This document shows positions 57,370-64,000 of a DNA stretch of 64,000 nt, in pieces. Below the pieces are notes generated by a model. That model was not told where the DNA came from. It worked only from the letters and a program-made list of their open reading frames with translations, and searched no databases. The position numbers and the translations under genes were made by a program. Source of the DNA: a virus. Numbering within the stretch: the first letter of the stretch is position 1; each line of letters opens with the position of its first letter. Location: the IMG/VR virus record IMGVR_UViG_3300029394_000152, one strand, 5' to 3'.

Positions 57370-58800
57370 ATGGCAGACAACAAGTTTGTAACCCTCGAAG
57401 CTCTCAAATCCACTACGGTGCGCTTGCAGCAGGAGTGGATCAAGTCCATCTCCAAGGCTGGTCATGCCCGCTTTGAGGTGGCGGAAGCCATCCCTGACGC
57501 ATCCGCAGCGCAGGAAAACATCATGTATCTTGTCATGAACGACAAGACGCAGCACTACGACATCTACGCAAAGGTCAATGATAAGGTCGTCCTGCTGGAC
57601 GATACCACTGTTGACCTGTCCGGCTATGCTACCAAGGAACAGCTGGAAGCTGTTTCCGGCGGGCTTGGCGGTGCAGTCTATGCGGCGACCAAGGCCGATC
57701 TGTCCGCATCGGACGACAGCGTAATTTCTGGTTACTTCACACAGCATACGGGCGCAAAGCCCAAGAAGGGCGATGTCTTTGTCGTGACCACCACCGTGGA
57801 CGGTTCCACCTATGAGCAGTCCGCCTATTTCTATGACGGTTCTGCATGGGTGGCCATGACCGGTTCCGTGGATGCCGATAAGGTCATCCTGCGGGAGAAC
57901 ATCACGTTGGCCGGTGGCTATACGCAGGTCGGCAACCTGACCAAGAGCCAGAACGGAACGGCAACCTTCCAGACGAAGGGCAAGTCCGTCGCCGACATCC
58001 TGACTGAGATTTTCAGCAAGCGTCTTCAGCCCACCATCACGGCGCAGCCCTCCGTCACTGGCTTTGCTTTGAACGGAGCGAAGGCTGTCGAAGCTGGTAC
58101 TCAGATCGCTGCTGCGTCTTATGGCACTGCTGAACTGAACCCCGGTTCCTACAAGTACGGTCCTGACACCGCAGTTGTAGCTTCCGGCTGGAAGGTTGAG
58201 CGCATCACCGACAAGGCGACGACCGAGGTCGCAAATGCTGAGACCGCTTCTCTGGCTGCTGGTTCCGACAACAACGGCGGCGCTGGTTTCGTCATCGGTG
58301 ATGCTGGCGGTGACGCTGTGGCAAGCCTGAAGTACAAGGCCACTGCGACGCACGGCGCAGGTGTTACCGCAAAGGACAACCTCGGCTCCGACTCCAACCC
58401 CGCTGTGGCTATCGCAGCAGGCACGAAGTCGAAGGAGACCGCTGCATACACGCCGTTCCGAAATTACTTCTACGGTGCCACCGCCGAGAAGCCCACGCTG
58501 AACAGCGACTACATCCGCAGTCTGACTAAGAGCGGCAAGGCGTATGCCGCTGGTACGCTGACCATCAACGTCCCCGTCGGTGCGCAGCGTGTGGCAATCG
58601 CCTGCATTGCGACTGCAAAGGGCGTCACCAAGGTCATCAACGAGACCGCCATGAACGCAGATGTCACCAGCACCTTTGTCAAGTCCACTGTTCCCGTTGA
58701 GGGTTCGAACGGCTATTCCGCCAAGACCTACAATGTGTGGATCTTTGAGCCTGCTGTTGCCTATGGCAACGCCGCAGTGCTGAAGGTCACGCTGGGTTAA
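57370..58800 (+). CDS. tail fibre / receptor-binding protein
   Basis: 476 aa, Gly/Ala/Thr-rich. Confidence 0.5.
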   Translation: MADNKFVTLEALKSTTVRLQQEWIKSISKAGHARFEVAEAIPDASAAQENIMYLVMNDKTQHYDIYAKVNDKVVLLDDTTVDLSGYATKEQLEAVSGGLGGAVYAATKADLSASDDSVISGYFTQHTGAKPKKGDVFVVTTTVDGSTYEQSAYFYDGSAWVAMTGSVDADKVILRENITLAGGYTQVGNLTKSQNGTATFQTKGKSVADILTEIFSKRLQPTITAQPSVTGFALNGAKAVEAGTQIAAASYGTAELNPGSYKYGPDTAVVASGWKVERITDKATTEVANAETASLAAGSDNNGGAGFVIGDAGGDAVASLKYKATATHGAGVTAKDNLGSDSNPAVAIAAGTKSKETAAYTPFRNYFYGATAEKPTLNSDYIRSLTKSGKAYAAGTLTINVPVGAQRVAIACIATAKGVTKVINETAMNADVTSTFVKSTVPVEGSNGYSAKTYNVWIFEPAVAYGNAAVLKVTLG

Positions 58801-58814
58801 AGGAGGGCTGAACA

Positions 58815-59120
58815 ATGGCTGTGAACAATACCGCAAAGAAGCATTCCGACATGGAGTTCCCGCTGGCTATGAAGCGGCAGGATGCTTTCGCACTGGATGA
58901 GACCGCCGTGTGGCCGTCCATGGAAACCGCGCAGGCATACGCAAAGACCAATCCCACTGCCTACATCGGCCAGCTGCTTTCCGTCATCGTTGACGGTGTA
59001 GCTACCCCGTATGTGATCCAGAACGCCGCAGGCGACCTTGCCCCGCTGGGAGCTGCCGCCGTGACCATTGCTTCGGATGCTGAAGCCAATGAAGCAATCA
59101 CTGAGGTTTTTGGTGAGTAA
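58815..59120 (+). CDS. hypothetical (possible fibre assembly protein)
   Basis: 101 aa. Confidence 0.35.
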   Translation: MAVNNTAKKHSDMEFPLAMKRQDAFALDETAVWPSMETAQAYAKTNPTAYIGQLLSVIVDGVATPYVIQNAAGDLAPLGAAAVTIASDAEANEAITEVFGE

Positions 59121-59202
59121 GAACCCGTGACCGACCGGCTGCCCGGAAAGGCTGGACAGCCGGATATTTTATAAGATAAGAAAGAAAAAGAGGTATTTTA
59201 TT

Positions 59203-60048
59203 ATGGCTTACAATGCAAACGCTCTCGTCCGTCTGTCCGCTCTGAAGAATCTGGCCGCAAAGACCAAGGCTGAGATCGACAACATCAACACCGACGTTTC
59301 CAAGGCTATTAAGTCTCTGGGCGTTGACGGCAATACCGTGAGCTTCTACACCTCTACCGACAAGAGCGGCACTGCTGCTTTCTCCGTTGACTTCCCCTCT
59401 GAGCTGTTCCTCGACCAGACCAAGACCACCTTCGTGGCCAAGTTCAAGTTCGATGCCGCCACCTACCCCGGCGCTACCGACCCCAAGCTGGACGGCAAGC
59501 CCGTCATGGTGCTGGCTGTTAAGGGCCAGAACCCTGACAACTGCACCTACAGCTTCCTGAACATGGCCGCTCTGGTCGATACCTACGCCGCCAAGGCTAC
59601 CGGCAAGGATGCATCCACCACCGTTACCATCGCCGGTTATGAGATCGAAGTGAAGGTGAATGTCTCTGCAACTGCTGGTAACGCCCTGAGCCTCAAGTCC
59701 GACGGTCTGTATGTGGACATCAGCGGCAAGGCCGACAAGGCGAAGAACGCCACCGCTGGCAACTTCGCCGCTCTGGATGGCGAGGGCAATCTGACCGACA
59801 GCGGCAAGAAGCCTGCAGACTTCGTGGCCGCTGAGACCGGCAAGCGTCTGATGACCAATGCAGAGGGCGAAAAGCTGAAGGACATTTCTGCTGGTGCCAC
59901 CAAGACCGCCGCCAGCGAGACCAACGGTCATATCACCATCGACGGCGTGGACACCACCGTGTACACTGAGCCGTCCGATGTGATCCACGGCACCGTCGCA
60001 TCCGACAGCGATGTGACCGCTATGCTGACCGAGGTTTTCGGCGCATAA
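59203..60048 (+). CDS. hypothetical tail-associated protein
   Basis: 281 aa. Confidence 0.4.
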   Translation: MAYNANALVRLSALKNLAAKTKAEIDNINTDVSKAIKSLGVDGNTVSFYTSTDKSGTAAFSVDFPSELFLDQTKTTFVAKFKFDAATYPGATDPKLDGKPVMVLAVKGQNPDNCTYSFLNMAALVDTYAAKATGKDASTTVTIAGYEIEVKVNVSATAGNALSLKSDGLYVDISGKADKAKNATAGNFAALDGEGNLTDSGKKPADFVAAETGKRLMTNAEGEKLKDISAGATKTAASETNGHITIDGVDTTVYTEPSDVIHGTVASDSDVTAMLTEVFGA

Positions 60049-60132
60049 GCTGACTGACCTTACCAAAGAAGTATGAGGGGCGAGACCGTCACATGGCGGT
60101 CTCGCCTGCTTTTTTAGGGAGGACAAGCGTGA

Positions 60133-60555
60133 ATGAATATTATCGCACTCGTAACCCACCTGAAACAGGTCGCACAGGCAGCAAAGGCGTATACTGATTC
60201 GCTGATAAGCGAAACGGCCAAAGAAACTATTAAAGCGATTAAAGAGATGGATCGTGCAAAGGTCGATAAGATTTCCGCCGTTGCTGTTACGATCAGCACG
60301 GACGGCTGGGTGGAAGATGAAACGTGGGAGGAATACCCCATGCGTTATGACATCACTGCCGCAGATGTGACGGCGACCGATCGCGCAGACATCATCTTGT
60401 CACCGAACAGTTTGACCGCCGCGATGGACTGCAGTGTCTGTCAGACCTGCGAAACGCAGACCGGGAAAATTTGTATCTGGGCGAAGAAAGCCCCGGCGGA
60501 AGCGCTGACTGCTGAGTACCAGATCATTCAGGGCGAAAAGCCAAAGGAGGACTAA
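60133..60555 (+). CDS. hypothetical protein
   Basis: 140 aa. Confidence 0.4.
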   Translation: MNIIALVTHLKQVAQAAKAYTDSLISETAKETIKAIKEMDRAKVDKISAVAVTISTDGWVEDETWEEYPMRYDITAADVTATDRADIILSPNSLTAAMDCSVCQTCETQTGKICIWAKKAPAEALTAEYQIIQGEKPKED

Positions 60556-60558
60556 CAC

Positions 60559-60951
60559 ATGGCATATGGAAACGTGAATGTCGCCGTGCCGGGCGTGTCG
60601 AACGATGAATCCAGCTATCTGAAAACAGAACAGGCCGGTGCCCCCGGCGGCGTGGCAACGCTGGATGCGGATGGTAAGCTGTCTGAATCGCAGCGTCCGG
60701 CGGTGGACGCATACACCAAGGCTGAGACCGACCAGCGCATCAGCGCAGCCGTGGACGCTCACAACGGTGCGGAGAACGCCCACAGCGACATCCGTGCCAG
60801 TGTGGCAGCGATGAATGCCAGCATTAAGGCAATCGAGTTGAAGTTCGGCACGAACGTCACCAAGAATCCTTTTTCTGCCACGTTCGGCAGCCTTGACGGC
60901 CTGACCGTCACCGGCGTGTGGAACGCAGATCAGGCAAGGGTGGAGTTCTGA
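60559..60951 (+). CDS. hypothetical protein
   Basis: 130 aa. Confidence 0.4.
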   Translation: MAYGNVNVAVPGVSNDESSYLKTEQAGAPGGVATLDADGKLSESQRPAVDAYTKAETDQRISAAVDAHNGAENAHSDIRASVAAMNASIKAIELKFGTNVTKNPFSATFGSLDGLTVTGVWNADQARVEF

Positions 60952-60952
60952 T

Positions 60953-61543
60953 ATGACTGAACAACCGTTTCTGGTTGGCAGCAAAGCGCGGGAGCTTCTG
61001 AGATATACACAGAGGGCGACCCGCATCGTTTCGGATGACATCAGCCGTAGCGATGCCCGAAAAGTATTTCAGAAAGCCGCTGCGCTTGAGGACATCCGGG
61101 AAATCAAGCAGGTCTGCACCACCGCTGTCCATGCTCTCGATACGAGGGAGAAGGAGGGCTTCACGAAAAGCACCTTCAACCTCTACGGCAGGGACATCAG
61201 GGAGATAGCCAAGAAGATTCTGCTGGATGCCCATGCGGCCAACAACGTGAACTTCGCCACGGAGTACGACAAGCGGATTGAAAAGATCGGTGAGGTCGTG
61301 GACGGCTGTTCTCTGCTGCTGGAATATCTGACCCTCTGCACGGAGGATGGTATCATCAGCACCAAGAAAGCCGGTATCTGGACAAAGAAGATCACGGATG
61401 TAAAATACCCGGCCATGAAGTGGCTCAAGTCTGAACGTGGCCGGGCAGAAAATCTCCGGCAGGAAGCAGAGAAGAAACGGCTTGAAATGCTTGTCAAAGC
61501 ACTTCGGGCCGTCTTTGCCCAGCAGGAGCAGAAAACGGCATAA
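60953..61543 (+). CDS. helical protein upstream of the TR (candidate DGR accessory protein, Avd-like by position)
   Basis: 196-aa helical protein ending 43 nt before the TR; no recognisable Avd motif. Confidence 0.25.
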   Translation: MTEQPFLVGSKARELLRYTQRATRIVSDDISRSDARKVFQKAAALEDIREIKQVCTTAVHALDTREKEGFTKSTFNLYGRDIREIAKKILLDAHAANNVNFATEYDKRIEKIGEVVDGCSLLLEYLTLCTEDGIISTKKAGIWTKKITDVKYPAMKWLKSERGRAENLRQEAEKKRLEMLVKALRAVFAQQEQKTA

Positions 61544-61585
61544 CAGGAAACTGTTTTGCAATAGGGGTACGGTTTATATTCTGAC

Positions 61586-61705
61586 GCTGCCATTTGGTGG
61601 CTGCGCTCTCCGAACACCAACAATAACAACAACGTCTGGAACGTCAACACCGATGGCTCCAACAACAACAACTGGTACAACAACTCCTATGGTGTTCGCC
61701 CCGCT
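61586..61705 (+). repeat. DGR template repeat (TR)
   Basis: non-coding 120 nt, AAC-rich, near-identical to VR1 and VR2 except at adenines; followed by a distinct 3' end (IMH*-like) ctgatggaacc. Confidence 0.8.
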
Positions 61706-61875
61706 CTGATGGAACCGTGTGACGAGTAGGCATAAGCTGAAAGCAGTGCGCCCATCAAAGGAAACCGCATCCTGTCGCTTGCCGATGCAGGCAAGTGATA
61801 AATACATCCCGCTGAGGTGGGCCATCCCTGCCGGATGCAGCCCACTACCGTAACGCGAACCAGCGGAGGGTCATT

Positions 61876-63105
61876 TTGACATACGAAGAACTGTGCAGCT
61901 TTGAGGTGCTTTACAAAGCCTACCTTGAAGCCCGGAAGGGAAAGCGCAGTAAAAGCAAAACAATCGAGTACGAGGCGCAGGCGCTGGCCTGCACGGAAAA
62001 GCTCTCCCGTAAGCTGGCTGTCTGCAATGTGCGGCAGCCAGACGGGAGCATTCGGCAGCAGATACGCTATGTGCCAAGTAAGTTTGAGGTCTTTGCCGTC
62101 TACGAGCCGAAGCGCCGCATGGTACACGCCCCCGCATTTGTGGACAAGGTGGTGCTGCACGCTCTGGTCGATAACATCCTGTATGATGCCCTGACAAAGA
62201 GCTTTATCCGGGACAGCCACGCCAGCCAGACCGGAAAAGGCACAGACGACGGCCTGATGCGCCTGAAAACCCACATGGTGGACTATTACCGCCGTGAGGG
62301 CCACGGCGCGGACGGCTGGGTGCTGAAAGGCGACGTGCGGCATTTCTTCGCCAGCATCGACCACCGGAAGCTAAAACGCAAGCTCAAAGCCGTGCTGGAC
62401 AAGCGCGGCGTTGACCCGCGTGTCTATGAGCTGCTTTGCATCTACATCGACGTGATGGAGGACGGCTTGCCGCTGGGCTACCAGACGAGCCAGCTTTTCG
62501 CCCTCATGTTTTTGGACGAGTTCGACCACATCATCAAAGAAAAGTACCGCATCAAATACTATGGCCGATACATGGATGATTTCTACATCATCTGTTCGGA
62601 CAAGCAGAAGTTGCAGTGCATCTTGAAGGATGTGCGGGCACTCATGGACGAGTACGGTTTGGAGCTGAACCAGAAAACGGCTATCTTCCCACTGAGGAAC
62701 GGCATTGATTTTCTGGGGTTCCATTCGTATCTGACTGAAACCGGCGCGGTCGTCCAAAAGCTGCGTCGGGACAGCGCCAAACGGATGAAAGCCAAAATCA
62801 GGCATTGGGAAAAGGCATACCCGGCGGGTGAGGTAACAAAGGAAGAAATCCTTTGTAGCTTCCTTGCATGGGATGCCCATGCTGCACACGGCGATACCTA
62901 CGCCCTGCGCCGCCAGTACGCCGACCGTCTGGGAAAATTGCTCAACTGCACAATTTCCATCCACCGAAAAATCAACTCGAATAAACTCGCACGAGACAGG
63001 CGACGCGCCCGGCAATGCCGCTGCATCTACAAGAAGCAGCACAAAGCCTTGACCGCCGCTGTCTCGCAGAACACAAGACCCATTGGCGTTTTGCCGTGGG
63101 CCTGA
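61876..63105 (+). CDS. DGR reverse transcriptase
   Basis: RT motifs including YMDDF and the DGR-specific LGYQTSQ (LGxxxSQ); no maturase or endonuclease domain; TTG start with a GGAGGG RBS; TR immediately upstream. Confidence 0.85.
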   Translation: MTYEELCSFEVLYKAYLEARKGKRSKSKTIEYEAQALACTEKLSRKLAVCNVRQPDGSIRQQIRYVPSKFEVFAVYEPKRRMVHAPAFVDKVVLHALVDNILYDALTKSFIRDSHASQTGKGTDDGLMRLKTHMVDYYRREGHGADGWVLKGDVRHFFASIDHRKLKRKLKAVLDKRGVDPRVYELLCIYIDVMEDGLPLGYQTSQLFALMFLDEFDHIIKEKYRIKYYGRYMDDFYIICSDKQKLQCILKDVRALMDEYGLELNQKTAIFPLRNGIDFLGFHSYLTETGAVVQKLRRDSAKRMKAKIRHWEKAYPAGEVTKEEILCSFLAWDAHAAHGDTYALRRQYADRLGKLLNCTISIHRKINSNKLARDRRRARQCRCIYKKQHKALTAAVSQNTRPIGVLPWA

Positions 63106-63121
63106 TTTTATAAGGAGGTAA

Positions 63122-64000
63122 CAATGGCAAACGTAAAACTGAGCACAAAGGCCGTTGGCAGCATCGTCAAGATCAAGGTCAACGGCGCGGCCAAAGATTT
63201 CATCATCGTGCATCAGGGCTTGCCCAGCAGCGCCTATGATGCAAGCTGCAACGGCGTCTGGGTTGTGATGAAGGACATCTACACCACGAGCACGTTCGGT
63301 AACAACAACTCTTACAAGGATTCCGGCATTCACACCTATCTGAACGGAACCTTCTACAACCTGATTGATTCTCAGATTCGAGCGGTTATCAAGCAGGTCA
63401 AGATTCCGTATACCAACAGCGGCGTTCAGAGCGGCGCAAACGGCCTTTCGACCAAGGTGTTCCTGCTGTCTGGCACGGAGGTCGGGTTCAGCGGCGTAAG
63501 CTACATGAACACCGAAGGTGCAAAGCTGTCCTATTTCGATAGCGCAAGCAAGCGTGTCGCATATAACGGCAGCAGCGCTGCCATTTGGTGGCTGCGCTCT
63601 CCGTACACCGACTATGTCAGCAGCGTCTGGTTCGTCTACACCGATGGCTCCCACGGCAACATCTGGTGCAACTACTCCTATGGTGTTCGCCCCGCTTTTG
63701 TACTTCCCTCTGAACTCGTGGTCTCTGACGACGGCACGGTCAGCACGAACACTGCACCGGCCATCAACACCAGCTCCACGAATCTGGGGGAGAAGAACGC
63801 GCCCTTCAACTTCGGATACACCGTTACCGATGCCGACGGCGATACTCTGACCGTCACCGAAAAGATGGACGGAAAGACCACCGCCACCCGCACAGGCGTT
63901 GCAAGCGGTACTGCACTGACCTTCAGGCAGGGCAGTACCGCCGACGGCTTCCGGCGCATCCTCAACGGCAGCCACACCATCCAGATCACGGCCAGCGACG
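63122..64000 (+). CDS. DGR target protein 2 (VR2-containing; continues past the window end with Ig-like repeats)
   Basis: VR2 encodes AAIWWLRSPYTDYVSSVWFVYTDGSHGNIWCNYSYGVRPA; partial at the window edge. Confidence 0.75.
63577..63696 (+). repeat. DGR variable repeat VR2
   Basis: 120 nt; all differences from the TR fall at TR adenines; shared 3' ctcctatggtgttcgccccgct, then an IMH-like tttgtacttccctctg also present after VR1. Confidence 0.8.

Noticed and set aside
61437-61709. 90-aa ORF spanning the TR (and 23104-23370 across VR1)
   Set aside because: The TR is the non-coding DGR template; the ORF is an artefact of the open AAC-rich frame.
61876-63105. Group II intron or retron reverse transcriptase
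   Set aside because: No domain X/maturase or En domain and no flanking intron RNA structure; the LGxxxSQ motif and the adjacent adenine-specific TR/VR pairs identify it as a DGR reverse transcriptase.
1-64000. CRISPR arrays or cas genes
   Set aside because: No short regularly spaced direct repeats with unique spacers found; the repeats present are DGR TR/VRs, operator sites and intergenic hairpin modules.

Overview
Read directly from the sequence, with no database searches run. The window is high-GC (about 58-60%) and Firmicutes/Clostridia-like, possibly Ruminococcaceae or Faecalibacterium. Positions 1-11 kb are ordinary chromosome: a permease/ATPase ABC pair divergent from an OmpR-type two-component system, an RluD-like pseudouridine synthase, a RadC/JAB protein, and uvrB-uvrA. 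A consensus sigma-70 promoter drives a tRNA-Pro(GGG) at 11086-11163. The 3' end of that tRNA is overlapped by the last codons of a large serine recombinase, which marks the left junction of a prophage of more than 50 kb that runs past the window end. Left to right, the prophage carries a lysogeny switch (XRE repressor, Cro-like gene, inverted operator copies) and a diverged tandem duplication of small convergent genes. Next comes an HD-domain protein and a tmRNA-like RNA whose 3' acceptor cannot pair with its 5' end. Then comes a C5-cytosine methyltransferase frameshifted at a G9 tract and with permuted motif order, followed by 3D-domain and SPFH proteins and a run of small early genes. The replication module has a rolling-circle HUH Rep and a putative PD-(D/E)xK nuclease. 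A 5.5-kb minus-strand array of about 10 small genes follows, each separated by conserved GC-rich hairpin/leader modules and including an ArdC-N-like protein; it is controlled from a divergent region with five 14-bp operator repeats beside an RHH regulator. A roughly 78% GC repeat-rich non-coding tract sits upstream of terS. The structural genes are a lambda-like packaging/head module (terS, terL, gpW-like, portal, S49 protease, decoration, major capsid) and a P2/Mu-like contractile tail (sheath, tube, frameshifting chaperone, tape measure, X, D, V, gp25-like, J, I, fibres). The most notable feature is a diversity-generating retroelement: a 120-bp Asn-codon-rich template repeat, an RT with the LGxxxSQ motif, an adjacent target gene carrying VR2, and a second target VR1 about 38 kb away among the early genes. 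All TR/VR differences fall at template adenines. Self-derived coordinates carry about ±2 nt uncertainty.
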